DNA of 64,000 nt, from the NCBI RefSeq assembly GCF_009914755.1, contig NC_060929.1. One strand, 5' to 3'. This DNA comes from the human T2T-CHM13v2.0 reference genome, Homo sapiens. How positions within the stretch are numbered: the stretch's first letter is position 1; each line of letters opens with the position of its first letter. The notes beneath the pieces were generated by a model. It was not told where the DNA came from, made no database searches, and saw nothing but the letters and a program-made list of their open reading frames with translations. Shown here piece by piece: positions 1 to 13,854 of the stretch. The translations under genes were made by a program, and so were the position numbers.

Positions 1-139
1 AGGAAGTTTCAGGAAAGAGATGACATAGGGGAGATCAAGGCAGAGAATGAGAGAGCTGCCATGAGGGACTAGAAATAGGGACACCTTTGTTTGGTGTGGG
101 GGAACAGGTTAGGAAAAAAAAAAAAAGAAAAAAGTCTTG

Positions 140-195
140 TAAAATTCATATGGAACCAAAAATGGGCCTGAATAGCCAAAGCAATCCTAAACAAA

Positions 196-226
<31 letters not shown>

Positions 227-705
227 CATACACACATACACAAAGCTGGAGGCATCACATTACCCAATTTTAAAACTATACTACAAGGCTACAGTAACAA
301 AAACAGCATGATACTTGTACAGAAACAGACACATAGATCAACAGAAAAGTACAGAGAACCCAGAAATAAAGCTGCACACCTGCAGCCATCTAATCTTTGA
401 CAAAGTTGACAAAAATAAGGAATTGAGAAAGGACTTCCTATTTAATAAAAGGAAAAACTGAATATCTATATGCAGAAGAATGAAACTAAACCCCTACCTT
501 TCACTGGATACAAAAATTAATTCAAGACGGATTAGATTAAAGATTTAAATGTAAGACCTCAAACTATAAAAATTCCAGAATAAAATCTAGGAAATGCCAT
601 TCTAGACATTGGCCTCAGCAAATAATTTATTACTAAGTCCTGAAAAGCAATTGCAGCAAAAAGAAAAATTGCCAAGTGGGACCTAATTAAACAATAGAGT
701 TTTTG
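140..705 (+). mobile_element. L1 (old L1PA/L1PB-type) ORF2 3' region, left part of an element split by a nested L1
   Basis: Degenerate L1 ORF2 sequence (YYKATVTKTAW motif). It breaks at ...gacctaattaaacaatagagtttttg and resumes at ~2480 with tacagcaaaagaaact. Confidence 0.8.
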
Positions 706-2075
706 AAAATAAAATACTTAGGAATATACTTATGCAAGCAGGTGAAAGACTTCTGCAAGAAAAACTGCAAAACACTGCTGAAATAGCTCATAGGCAACAC
801 AAACAAATGGAAACACATCCCATGCTCATGGGTAGCTAGAATCAATATTGTCAAAACGGCCATACTACCAAGAGTGATCCACAAATTTAATGCAATTCCC
901 ATCAAAATACCATCATCATTTTTCTCAGAACTAGAAAAAAAATCCTAAAATTCATATGAAACCAAAAAAGACCCTGCATAGCCAAAGCAAGACTAAGCAA
1001 AAAGAACAAATCTGGAGGCATCACATTACCTGACTTCAAACTATAGTATAAGGCTATAGTCACTAAAACAGCATGGTATTGGTATAAAAATAGGCACATA
1101 CACCAATGGAACAGAATAGAGAACCCAGAAAAAAAGCCAAACACTTACAGCCAACTGATCTTCAACAAAGCAAACAAAAACATAAAATGGGAAAAGAACA
1201 CCCTATTCAACAAATGGTCCTGGGATAATTGGCAAGCCACATGTAGAAGAATGAAACTGGATCTTCATCTCTTACCTTATACAAAAATCAACTCAAGATG
1301 GATCAAAGACTTACATCTAAGACCTGAAACCATGAAAAATCTGGAAGATAACATCAGAAAAACCCTTCTAGACATTGGCTTAGGCAAAGACTTCATGACC
1401 AAGAACCCAAAAGCAAATGCAACCAAGACAAAGATAAATAGATGGGACTTAATTATACTAAAAAGCTTCTGCACTGCAAAAGAAATAATCAGCAGAGTTA
1501 ACAGACAACCCACACAGTGGGAAAAAATTTTGCAAACTATGCATCCAACAAAGAACTAATATCCAGAATCTATGAGGAACTCAAATAAATCAGCGAGAAA
1601 AAAACAAATAATCCTATTAAAAAGTGAGCTAAGGACATGAATACACAATTCTCAAAAGATATATAAATGGCCAACAAACATATGAAAAATGCTCAACGTC
1701 ACTAATTATCAGGGAAATGCAAATCAAAACCACAACGTGATACCACCTTACTCCTGCAAGAATAGCCATAATTTAACAATAAAAAATAATAGATGTTGGT
1801 GTGGGTGTGGTGAAAAGGGAATACTTTTACACTGTTGGTGGGAATGCAAACTAGTGCAACTACTATGGAAAACAGTATGGAGATTCCTTAAAAAACTAAA
1901 AGTAGATCTACCATATGATGTAGCAATCCCATTACTGTGGATCTACCCAAAGGAAAATAAGTCACAATATGAAAAAGACACTTGCACCCACATGTTCATA
2001 GCAGCACAATTCACACTGGCAAAATATGGAACCAGCCCAAATGCCCATCCATCATGAGTGGATAAAGAAAACGTG

Positions 2076-2112
<37 letters not shown>

Positions 2113-2468
2113 ATGGAATACTACTTAGCCATAAAAAGAAACAAAATAATGGCATTTGCAGCAACCTGGACGGAGTTGCAGACCATTATTCTAAGTTAAG
2201 TAACCCAGGAATGGAAAACGAAACATCGTATTTCTCACTTTTAAGTGGGAGCTAAGCTATGAAGACACAAAGGCATAAGAATCATACAATGGACTTTGGG
2301 AACTAGGGGGAAGGGGTGGGAGGAGGGTGGAGGATAAAAGATTACACAGTGGGTGCAGTGAACACTGCTCAGCTGATGAGTGCACCAAAATCTCAGAAAT
2401 CACCACTAAGGAACTTATCCATGTAACCAAACACCACCTGTTCCCCAAAAACCTATTGAAATTAAAAA
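706..2468 (+). mobile_element. 5'-truncated L1PB-type element (ORF2 C-terminus plus 3'UTR), nested insertion
   Basis: ORF track 1251-1559 is an L1 ORF2p fragment ([18 protein letters not shown]). 3' end caccacctgttccccaaaaacctattgaa followed by an A-tail. Confidence 0.85.
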
Positions 2469-2479
2469 AAAAGGGTTTT

Positions 2480-3487
2480 GTACAGCAAAAGAAACTATCA
2501 ACAGAGTAAACAGACAACCTACAGAATGAAAGAAAATACTTGCAAACTATGCATCTGACAAAGGTCTAATATCCAGAACCTTAAGGAACTTAAACAACTG
2601 AACGAACAAAAACCAAATAAACCCCATTAAAAATGGGCAAAATATATGAACAGATGCCTGTCAAAAGAAGACATACAGTCAATTACATATGAAAAAATAC
2701 TCAACATTACTAATAATCAGAGAAATACAAATTAAAACCACAATGCCATACCATCTCACACCAGTCAGAATGACTATTATTAAAAAGACAAAAAATAACA
2801 GATCCTGACAAGACTACAGAGAAAAGGGAACACTGAAATGTTGGTGGGAATATAAGTTAGTTCAGCACTGTGGAAAGCAGTTTGGAAATCTCTCAAAGAA
2901 CTAAAAACAGAGCTACCACTCAACCCAGCAATCCCATTACTAGGTATACAAGGCAAAGGAAAAATAAATCATTCTACCAAAAAGAACATGCACACGTATG
3001 TACAGCGCAGCAGCATTTGCAATAGAAAACACATGAAATCAGCCTAGGTGCCCATAAATAGTGGATTCAATAAAGAAAATGTGGTACATATACACTATGG
3101 AATAGCGTGCAGCTGTAATAAAGAATAAAATTATGACTTTTGCAGCAACACTGATGGAGCTGAAGGACATCATTCTAAGTAAATTAATGCAGAACAGAAA
3201 ATCAAATGCCACATGTTCTCACTTATAAGCGGGAGTTAAACACTGGGCCCTTATAGATGTAAAGGTGGGAACTATAGACAATGGGGACTACTAGAGGGTA
3301 GACAAGGGGCAAGCAGCAAGGGTTAAAAAAGTACCCTTTGGGTACTATGCTCACTACCTAGGTAACAAGATCATTCATACCCCAAACCTCAGCATCACAC
3401 AATATGCCCATATAGCAAACCTGCATATGTACCCCCACTGAATCTAAAATAAAAATTGAAATTATTTCTTTAAAAAGAAGAAAAAAA
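2480..3487 (+). mobile_element. L1 3' end, right part of the split host element
   Basis: Continues L1 ORF2 and 3'UTR, ending aacctgcatatgtaccccc...aatctaaaataaaa plus an A-rich tail. Confidence 0.85.
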
Positions 3488-3509
3488 TGCTACTAATTAC
3501 TCCCATCCC

Positions 3510-4140
3510 AACTGATTTCTCCTGAGGAAGCTACTGATGTTTTTTATGTTGATTTTATATGCTACGACTTTACTGAATTTGTTTATCAGTTCTAAGAGAT
3601 TTTTGGTGAAGTCTTTGGTAGAAATCTTTTCTTTCTTTTTTTGTTTGTTTGTTTGTTTGTTTGTTTCGAGATAGAGTCTCACTCTGTTGCCCAGGCTGGA
3701 GTGCAGTGGCACCATCTCATCTCACCATAACCTCCGCCTCCCAGGTCCAAGTGATTCTCCTGCCTCAGCCTCCTGAGTAGCTGGAACTATGGGTGTGCAC
3801 CACCATGCCCACCTAAGTTTTGTATTTTTAGTAGAGACGGGGTTTCACTATGTTGGCCAGGCTGGTCTCGAACGCCTGACCTTGTGATCTACCCGCCTCG
3901 GCCTCCCAAAGTGCTGGGATTACAGCCGTGAGCCACCATGCCCAGCTGGTAGAAATCTTTAGGTTTTTCTGTATATTAAGATCATGTCATCTGAAAAGAG
4001 GAACAATTGGACTTCCTTTTTTCCAGTTTGTATGCCTTTTATTTCTTCCTCTTGCCTGATTGATCTGGCTAGGACTTCCAGTCCTATGTTGAGTAAGAGT
4101 GGCGAAAGTAAGCATCCTTGTTTTATTCCAGTGTTGTTGT
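3510..4140 (-). mobile_element. Antisense L1 ORF2 fragment interrupted by an Alu
   Basis: Minus-strand translation KNLLELINKFSKVVAYKINI is L1 ORF2-like. Confidence 0.75.
3630..3946 (-). mobile_element. AluS element
   Basis: Full dimeric Alu. 14-bp TSD tggtagaaatcttt at 3616-3629 and 3947-3960. Confidence 0.95.
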
Positions 4141-5574
4141 TGTTTTAAGCTTGCTCTATATGAAGAAGAATATATGATTTTGTCCCCATTGCCATTCATT
4201 ATTAACCGATAGATGCTGCTCAGGTCTTATGTTAATAATTATTCTGAGATAGTGGAAAAGGGTGTCACAGAAATCTCAGCCATAGTCACTGAAAAGAGGA
4301 ATGGAAAAACAACTGATATATATTTTCCAACCATCCTCTGCATTTCTAAACACTATGCTTTGGTTTAATTATTTCCTCAAACACACACACACACCTCCTT
4401 TTAAAAGATTTATTACAGTCATGTGTTCCTACCTCTGATAGTTGCCATGTGATCCAGGCAATTCTATCCATGTGGTAGCCACCTGGTGTTGCAAGCTCAG
4501 ACATTCAAAAATGGGGTTTGCAAATTTAACTTGTAAAAAGAAAATAGTAACCTGAAAAAGTATAAATATTAACACACACACATACACACACTTGTTTATT
4601 AACCATATTGCTTCAAAAGATTCTGAATAAACAGAGTACCAAATAAATCATCTTGATAAACCAAAAGTGGGGAGAGATAAGGTCTAAAACATGAAGGTAG
4701 GGTCTGGAAGTTTAAGCCTAGTAGAATGGAAGGTCTTTGACAGACCAATCTTAAGAACATGGAAGAGACTCTGAAAACAACAGAAAAGGAAAAAACACCA
4801 AAATCAAGCCTCTTTATTTCAGGATTTCTGAAGGTAGAAGCTGACTCTAAGGAACATCTTGTGAATGAGATGGTGTTAGACTCTGTCCCAAAATGAATAA
4901 CCCTGAAACTGAAATCCACAAAGAGAAAAATCACATGAATTAGAGCTTCCGTAGTCTATCTTTAAACAGAATTTTTGGGGGAAAATCTATTTAAAACAAG
5001 CATTTAGAAAAACATCCTTTTCCTGGCATGATTATTATGTGCTTCATGTTGGCAGGAAGACTTCATTTCCAGTGATATTTTCCAATTGTTAAAATAAAAA
5101 AGTTCCTGCTGCTTTCTTTGCAATCCATAATTTTGTATTTTTAATTTAGATAACTCAAGTGTCTCAAAGCAGAAATAAGCTGCATATTCATGAGCCCTGA
5201 TTTGCTGTAATCATTATTTCTGAAGCTCTGCATCAGTGAAGACTCCAAGTATTTGAGTCCTTGTTCTTAAGCAATTATAACAGATTGGCCTGGAACTGAG
5301 GGAGTTGGGAGACCCCACTTCTTCGTTTTTCTCTTTGACGGGCTCTATTGGTCTATCTGAGGTCAACTTTCTCTGCTCCCAAACAGGGCTGATAATCAGT
5401 TGCTTCAACATTGGCAGGAGGGATAAAAGTCTATTTAATATGTTAATTAGAGAATTGTTAACCTTTCATCAATCAGCCTTTGGTCATAAACAGCAAAGGG
5501 AAAACCGGAGGAAAAGACGGATATATTAAAATGATCTAAGAAAAAAGTAAAGGAAATTTGGAAATATACGCCAG

Positions 5575-5945
5575 TACACAGAAAGGCAAACAATGTATGA
5601 TCTCAGTTAAAAACAGAGAGTAGAACGTTAGTTATCAGAGTCTGCTGGAAAAAGCAAGGAAGGGGAAAAGGGAAGATGTTGATCAAAGAGCACAAAGTTT
5701 CAGCTAGACAGGAGGAATATGTTTTAGTGATCTATTGCACTGCGCAGCTTAAAATAATGTATTGTGTATTTCAAAATTGCTAAAAAAATAGATTTTTAAC
5801 ATTCTCTTCACCACAAAGTGATAAGTTGGTGAGTTGATGGATATGTTAATTAACTTGATTGAACCTTTTTATAATGTATACCTAGATCAAATCATCACAT
5901 TATACCCCATAAACACACACAGTTATTATTTGTTAATTAAAAATA
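5575..5945 (+). mobile_element. L1M 3'-end fragment
   Basis: Typical old L1 3'UTR (caaagtttcagctagacaggaggaat, ttcaaaattgctaa, atcacattataccccataaa). Confidence 0.7.
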
Positions 5946-5950
5946 AAAGA

Positions 5951-6285
5951 GGCCAAGTGCAGTGGCTCATGCCTGTAATTCCAGTACTTTGGGAGGCTGA
6001 GGCAGGTGGATCACATGAGGTCAGGAATTCAAGACCAGACTGGCCAACATGGTGAAACTCCATCTCTACTAAAAAAAAAAAAACAAACATGAAACAGGCA
6101 TGGTGGCACACACCTGTAATCCCAGCTACTTGGGAGGCTGAGGCAGGGAGAATTGCTTGAACCCAGAAGGTGGAGGTTGCAGTGAGTCGAGATTGTGCCA
6201 CTGCACTACAGCCTGGGTGACAGAGTGAGACTCCATCTCAAATAAATAAATAAATAAATAATAACAAATAAAAATAAAAGAAAAA
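5951..6285 (+). mobile_element. AluS element
   Basis: Dimeric Alu consensus with (AAAT)n tail. Confidence 0.95.
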
Positions 6286-6682
6286 ATAAAAAGGATTTTT
6301 AACTTCAAAAGAAGCAAACACACCAATAATGTTTTGTATATGTGAAAAATGTGGATGTAGGGATAAAAAAATTAAAATATGGCCAAAGAGTAAAGCCAAA
6401 AATAGTAGGAATTACAAAAACATCTAGAAATCATCTATCTTCCCATCTAAAACTTGGTTTCTCTTCATGGAAATAGCCCACCTTTGTGATTCTAAGAAAT
6501 GGGAGTTTCAATGTCACCTGTGCTACTTACCAGGTATCTGCCTAAGGACGAGTTCCTTAACCTCCTTATGTTTTGCTTTCTTCATCAGAACTGATATCTT
6601 CATCTGTGAAAGGGAATGATCACACTTTCCTCTTAAAGCTTGTCGGGAAAATTGAATGAGATGTAAGTAAAGAATACAGTAT

Positions 6683-6985
6683 TGGGTCAGGCATAATGGC
6701 TCACACCTGTTAATCCCAGCAATTTGGGAGGCTGAGGCAGGCAGATCACTTGAGCCCAGGAGCTCAAGACCAGCCTGGGCAACATGGCAAAATGCCATTT
6801 CTACAAAAAATACAAAAATTAGCTGGGCATGGTGGTGTGCACCTGTAGTCCCAGCTATGTGGGAGGCTGAGGCACAAGAATCACTTGAACCCGGGAGGCA
6901 GAGGTTGCAATGAGCCGAGATCCTACCACTTCACTCCAGCCTGAGGGACAGAGCAAGACATTATCTCAAAAACAAAAACAAAGAA
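6683..6985 (+). mobile_element. Alu (J/S) inserted into a MIR-like relic
   Basis: Alu consensus flanked by degenerate TSD aagaatacagtattg / aagaatatagtgttg. Confidence 0.93.
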
Positions 6986-7681
6986 TATAGTGTTGAATCA
7001 GCACAAAGTACACACTCAATAAATGTTAGTATCTTGCCTTGCTTGATTTCTCCTTTTTACCCTCTGGCTAAATAGCTTTTGTGTTTTAAAGGCCTCAGAG
7101 CTCCCCTTATCAACAATTCCAGACTACAAGTATCCCACTTAGGTTTTTCTTCAAAAAGATAGTACTAGAAGAAATCTCTAGTAAACCGTATAAAGCGCTT
7201 GCCCCAGTAGCTGGACAAAGTAGTAGATCAACAAATTTTTATTACTGTATGTCTATTCGTCTATTCTAATCTTTCCATTTTCCCCAAGAAAATGTCAGCA
7301 AGAAGAAACAGAATACATTTGGAAACTGTGTCCTTTTTTTTTTTTTTGGTAATTATTTGGCAACAGTTATGTGGACACATCATTCAGTTCCCGAATCAAT
7401 TTGAATCAACAGCTAGGTTCCACACAAAACCTTCATTTTTCAGATGATGTATTTGAAGCACAGAAAGGTAAAAGCCCCCTTCCAGAGGTCACGTAACAGT
7501 GGAAATCTGAGATTTTTAAGACCATGAGATCAAAAAGAATTATGGATTTTGGGGCAACTGCTCAGCTTCTTCATATGGCTATATCTTATCTTTAAAAAAC
7601 TGTATCTTTAAAAATCCAATCATTTCTGTCTTAAAAACTATTTTTTTTCTGTTTATTAGACAAATTTAATTTGAGATATAT

Positions 7682-7980
7682 GGCCAGGTGCAGTGGTTCA
7701 TGCCTGTAATCCTAGCACTTTGGGAAGCCGAGATGGGTGGATCACCTGAGGTCAAAAGTTCCAGACTAGCCTGGCCAACATGGCGAAACCCCATCTCTAA
7801 TACAAAAATACAATAATTAGCCAGGCCTTGTTGCTCATGCCTGTAATCCCAGCTACTCGGGAAGCTGAGGCAGGAGAATCGCATGAACCCAGGAGGCAGA
7901 GGTTGCATGAGCTGAGATCCTACCATTGCATTCCAGCCTAGGTGACAGGGTGAGACTCTGTCTCAAAAAAAAAAAAAAAA
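7682..7980 (+). mobile_element. AluS element
   Basis: Alu consensus, poly(A) tail, TSD gagatatat. Confidence 0.95.
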
Positions 7981-8199
7981 GAGATATATTATCCACATAT
8001 ATAAAGCTACAGTATATCCATTGATTTATAGAATTAATCTATACTAACGAAATAATAATCTTTTTCTGTTGTTGAGGGCAAGGATTACATCTTAATCTTC
8101 TTTCTATCCCTAAAAGTGCTTAGTAAAATGCCTCCTAAAAAGTATTTGCAAAATAAATAGAGAATTGTGTTTTTTTGTTTGTTTCCCTACTCTTCCTGA

Positions 8200-8580
8200 C
8201 GCTTTCCTTACTGTGCCGTTCACCAAAGACAGAGCTGCTCTTTCCTACCTCTCAATCTTTGCACCTGCTGTTCCCCTCCCTGGAATGCTCTTCCTCATCT
8301 CTTCAACTGACTGGCTTATTCTCATCCCTCAGTTATTGGCTTATGAGTCACTTCCTCTGCAGGGGCATCCTGGATCATCCATCGTGAACCCAAACAACTT
8401 ATTATCTTACACCCTGGCGGCTCATTTACTTGTGCCCATCACAGTGTGAATGACCAGTGCTGTGTTCTACATAAGCTAAATAAGACAAGGAAGCTTAACT
8501 AACTGATTCACTGCTATATGCCAAGCATTGTGCCAGCAACTTAAAAAAGGCTCAACAAATATTTATTGAAAAAATGAGCA
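8200..8580 (+). mobile_element. L2 3' fragment
   Basis: L2 motifs ctttgcacctgctgttccctccctggaatgctcttcc and ctcaacaaatatttattgaa. Confidence 0.6.
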
Positions 8581-10529
8581 AAAGAAGCTAAAGCAGAGAC
8601 CAAGAATGAATTTTTCACCTAGTATTAGGAATAAAGGAGCTGACTCTTACTTGTCTTATGTTAGAATTAGAAAATATGGACTCAGTGCACTTGATTTGCT
8701 TTCTTCGTTATTACAAAATTAATCAATTAATTAAATTCATTGCCGTGTGCAAGTTTAGTACATTGGTGGGTTCTAAAATCTTCACTCCCCAATCTGAAGC
8801 GTTGGCTTGATTCTAGGCAACTATTATACCCTCTAAAATTAAAACTGGTTATTACATTGGAGATTTTGTGTTTCTTTTAATAATTGAGCTCCACTGGCTA
8901 TTCAAGAAATCAGCACTTATGCTTCAGTTTTTTCTGGTTTGGTTACAGAGAAACAGCATGTCGATTCTCAGGACAATGACTAAAACGGCATTTCCCCCTC
9001 ACCTCTACTATTTTTCTATGTAAGTGGATCAGAGCTGACAGGCCATTATAGCAGTACAGTACCCAGCTGACATTATTGACTGAAAAGCAACTACCTTGCT
9101 TATTTTCTGTTGACTTAATGATGGGACAGGCACAAATAGAGCTTGGTGTCTTTGCTTTTAGCCCTTAATCCCACCATGGTGCTCAACCACTACCATATTG
9201 GTCATGTAGAGAGAAATATCCAGCTAAACATAAAAACCAGCCCAGGGATCTTTTGAGATGACCACAATCACTCTTACATCTACAGTTTTCCCCCTTTCAT
9301 CATATCTATCATAGGAAAATGCATCTCAAATCCCTCATTAAAAATAATTTTGGCTGTAATAACATCCTAAAACATTTTATAACTTTTATTTGTTAAATTA
9401 TTTGACTCTAAGTAATATATTATACTTCATTTATACAAGCAATCATCCCAAATACTTAGAAATGCTTACAAGGAAAGAAAATCTAAAAAAGATTTTAAAT
9501 TGAATAGAATTCTTATGACTAATATATTAAAGAATCATTAAAATTGACAAAATATGTTTTATGAGTATTTGATTTAATATTCATCCTTTTTTGTGTGTTT
9601 TTCTTGTATCTTTGAGCCATTTAAAACAATTTTTTTTTCAGGTCTCAAACACAATTCCTACAAAGTTTCTAAAACCCTAATCTGTCTGCCAGTAGTGCCT
9701 AAGCAGAAAAATCAGCCTTACACTTGACTAATTCCTGCAAAAGTCAGAGTTAGAACTGATCACTTTCAATAATCATTCTCTATATGAAAACTGCTGGTGG
9801 ATTATCCTGAAAATGTGTAGTAAAGTAAAATAAATAAAGTAAAATAAATAACTTTCATCAAGTAGAGAAATGAATAGGCTCTTAATCTCTTTCAGAAATA
9901 TTTTGACAGCCATAAATACGAGGTCTATAAAATAGTAAGCCCTCAAATATTTTTACTCATATGAGTTTCATTAGAATGGCTCAGAAATATCATCAGTTTT
10001 CCCCCTAAATCAAATACCCACACATCTTCACCTGGTGGTAGAAGTGATTATATTAAAATATTTTACCCTGAACTTGTATTTCTTTGTGTTTAACTGTTTA
10101 GAAACTTCTGACATGCTGGAATCTCTCTGCAAAAGTTGTCGTAATCAGTTTCAAAGAGATAGTTTACATACAAAACATTCTTTCCCATATCACGAAAAGA
10201 ACTTCTAGTCACCAATATTTTTTAAGAAAGTGTATGTGGGGTGCAAATGAGAAGATAAAATAATCCAGAGCATGACATATTCATATTCTTATTCCCTAAC
10301 CATTCAGTTTTAGCATTTGGTGTAATTTGAAGCAAACTTTCAAATTGCATTGTTGATTAGGTAATTTTCCTCTGCAGCTATCCAATTTTTCTGAAGCTCT
10401 TCTTGAATTGAGTGCATTAATATTAAAGTTTGCAAAATAGCAACCTTGGAAAAAACGTGCACTCTGACTTTTCCCCTTACAGAAGTGACTTCATCAGTGG
10501 CTCCAGCTCTCTGATGCCCAATCAGCTCC

Positions 10530-10780
10530 ATAATGATGGTGATAATTATTATTTATTGAGCACTTGCAATACGCCAATGCTGCCAAGCACTCTACATGCA
10601 TTACTTCATTTAATTTCTACAACAACAATATGAGACAGATATTATTATCTCCATTCTATAGATGAGGGAGCCGAGGCTCAGAAAATTTAAGTAAATTACA
10701 AAATCTCACCAATGAGAGACAGTATAATCGGAATTCAAAGCCATGCTATGTGACCCAAAAGTTCACACTCCTAACTAGTT
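10530..10780 (-). mobile_element. MIR
   Basis: MIR core (atttattgagcactt...ctccattctatagatgaggga..gaggctcaga). Confidence 0.7.
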
Positions 10781-12149
10781 TTTTATTAAGTGGATGGTTT
10801 AATCCAACTAGTTGTTTAATAAGGACAAGCAAAATTCTAAAAGATGATGATTTTTTTAACTAGTCCAACAATTTTGACATTGTGATGACAAAAACACTAA
10901 AGCCTGATCTCCCAACAACTGAGCTGATTATTTCTTATCGTCAATTATTGAAAACGATTTAACTGGTAGTAAATACAGATAAAAGCTTTCTGAATGTGGT
11001 GTGGAGGGCTCAGGTATTCTCATTTCAGTGGCATCAGCTTAAAATATGTACTCTAAGAAAGCTAGAGCTTTTCATCTTCAAAGTAAATATTGATTGACCT
11101 GTTTTTTTTTTCTCTAACTTTTGAGAAAGACGTGGAAAGAGAATAAAAGGGTAAGCTCAGCTAAGAACATGATCAAGGAGAGGATCAAAAAATATAACTC
11201 CAATGTTCTGTGTTCTTTGGCTTTAAATTTTTCCAATGAAGTAATAATCTATTCTGGTATCTATTTGAATAACTCCACTGGACTTGAGTGATTTGTCAGA
11301 GAAATCGATAGCCATAGAACTGCGAATATGCTTTTCCACTTGTGAAAATCTGCATTGTCTTTTTGAAGCTTCCTTCTGTGTGATCTTTATTAAACATAAG
11401 CAAAGGAAGCACAAAATTCACTAGAATTCAATGAAGCTTTTCATTTACTTTCTTATATGTTATCCCTCTCTCTCCCTCCCTCTCTCTCCCCCCTCCCTCC
11501 TTACACACACATGCGTGCGCACACACACACACACACACACAAAACGAAATGACCTTTACTTACTTCACCGTTGCGTGCACACCTCAGCTACTTATGGGCT
11601 TTTATGTCTCTAACGTTATTTATTTCTGTATGCTTTCATCAAAGATTTATTGAGTACTGCTATGTCCCAGGCACTATGAACAACATCAAGTACAGAAGAT
11701 GAATGATCTATAACTGCCATTGAATTTTGAAGGATCTTTAGTTTAAAAGAGTCATTTTAGAAAAAAAAAGAGCTAACATTTTTCCAAGCATTTATATGCC
11801 AAGCCAAGTGATCTTCATTTATTCTCTGCCTTAGTCAGCACAAGAGCCTCAGGAGGTAGGTACAATTATTTTCTTTCATTTGTCAATTGAGATAACTAAA
11901 GCTTACATAAGCCAAGTAATTTACAGAGGATCACAGAGTTAGTGACAGAACTATTGCGGCCGTTACTATAATAGTAGAAGCTCACTTATATTAAGCACCT
12001 ACTATGTACCATGAATTGTTGTAAGCACCTGATATAGTTTAGCTTACTACTCTTATTACCCACCATTTACTGATGAAACAGTAGTACAGAGATGTTAAAT
12101 AAGTTCTCCAAAGTTACCAGTAGAACTGGGATACCAGTTGTCCTTTTTT

Positions 12150-12472
12150 TAATTTATTTATTTTTCTTTTTTCTTTTTTTTTTTTTTTGACGGAGTCTCC
12201 CTCTGTCGCCCAGGCTGGAGTGTAGTGCAGTGGCGCAATCTCGGCTCACTGCAATCTCTGCCTCCCGGGTTCAAAGGATTCTCCTGCCTCAGCCTCCTGA
12301 GTAGCTGGGATTACAGGCACATGCCACCATGCCCACCTAATTATTTTTGGATTTTTAGTAGAGACAGGGTTTCACTGTTAGCCAGGATGGTCTTGATCTC
12401 CTGACCTCATGATCCACCCGCGTCGGCCTCCCAAAGTGCTGGAATTACAGGCTTGAGCCACCACACCAGGCC
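12150..12472 (-). mobile_element. AluS element
   Basis: Antisense Alu, flanked by ccagttgt on both sides. Confidence 0.95.
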
Positions 12473-12792
12473 CCAGTTGTTCTTAATAACTCACAGACTC
12501 AAGTCTGGCTGTGCCAAAACTCATGCTTGTAATCACTATGAAACTGAAAGATAACGTATGGTCTCCATGATTAGGACAATATTCCAATCTGCCTGGTCAA
12601 GGGATACTAATGAAAGAGAAGATCTTGAAGAACATGGTTTATTCAACACATCAAACATAAGACTTTGTGATCTCAATCTACAAATTGTTTTCTGAAGTTA
12701 CAAAATTCAGCAGAGACATGGGGGCCATGAAAGTCCAATTCCATGGCTCTAGTTTGCCACATTTTCCTTATCTACAACAAAGGAGTAAGTGA

Positions 12793-12863
12793 CTAAGAGT
12801 CATCTATTATCTAATAATACTTTCCAGCTAAGAGTCATCTATTGTATAATAATACTTTCCAGC
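12793..12863. repeat. 35-bp direct tandem duplication
   Basis: ctaagagtcatctattatctaataatactttccag followed by a near-identical copy. Confidence 0.9.
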
Positions 12864-13034
12864 TTTGAGCAGGGTGTTCCACAAGTATCAGGAAAGCAGA
12901 AATCAGGTACATTCTAACTTAATGTTTTGTTTCAAAACCCGATCATAGTGACGGGTGCACAGTAGCCAGTCAATAAATTGTTATTAGATAAATGTTGGAA
13001 AAAAGCTTTCTGAACAAGCACTTTGTAGTATTTG

Positions 13035-13224
13035 CAGGGCTGGGCCTAGGGCGAAGCAAATGAGGCTCCTGTCTTGGCACAGAATTTAAGGGGCATCAAA
13101 AAATTCCCTTGGCTTCGGGCTCCAGTATGGTTCAGCACAGCGTTATTACTGATCCTGTTCTTACGAAAATTGTAGATGTTTCACTTATCATAAATTATTT
13201 TGCACCAGTGTTGCCCCAGCCCTG
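13035..13224. mobile_element. Short non-autonomous hAT-type DNA transposon (MER96/MER91-like)
   Basis: Terminal inverted repeats cagggctggg...cccagccctg and internal gcacagaatttaaggggc. Family name uncertain. Confidence 0.55.
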
Positions 13225-13584
13225 ATTACACACACTCTTCCTGATAACTTCCTGCCACTTACTACCTGTTTTATCACATGTAAGTTACTGAAAGTGTTCT
13301 GAGACTGAGTTTCCTTATCGGTAAAATGGGAATAAGAATTTTTAATTTATCATACTGTTGTAAGGAGCGAATCAGGTGGCATGTGTGCAATCTCTGACTC
13401 AGTGCACAGCATAAAATTGGAGCTCAATAAACATTACTTCCCTTGCCTGACAAGAGAAGTGTCTGTTAAATCGTTTCTTCACGTGGTTAATTATTTTGCT
13501 TAGTTTTTCTTCCCCAAGAAGATCAACCAATCCTTACAGGATCTCTCATTCAAACTGGTTATTTCTCCCAACAAGTTGCCTCTC

Positions 13585-13814
13585 GGGCAGATTGTCTGAG
13601 CTCAGGGGTTCGAGACCAGCCTGGGCAATGTGGCAAAACCCTGTCTCTACTAAAAATACAAAAAATTAGCCAGGCGTGGTGGCACACTCCTGTAATCCCA
13701 GCTACTCAGGAGGCTGAGGCAGGAGAATCACTTAAGCCTGGGAGGCGGGAGGTTGCAGTGAGTCAAGTTCGTGCTACTGCACTCCAGCCTGGGCAACAGA
13801 GCAAAACTCTGTCT

Positions 13815-13851
<37 letters not shown>
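13585..13851 (+). mobile_element. 5'-truncated Alu with (CA)n tail
   Basis: Alu consensus followed by a CA microsatellite. Confidence 0.92.

Positions 13852-13854
<3 letters not shown>

Noticed and set aside
1251-2057. L1 ORF2 fragments as protein-coding genes (also 33181-34899)
   Set aside because: 5'-truncated, frameshifted retroelement remnants.
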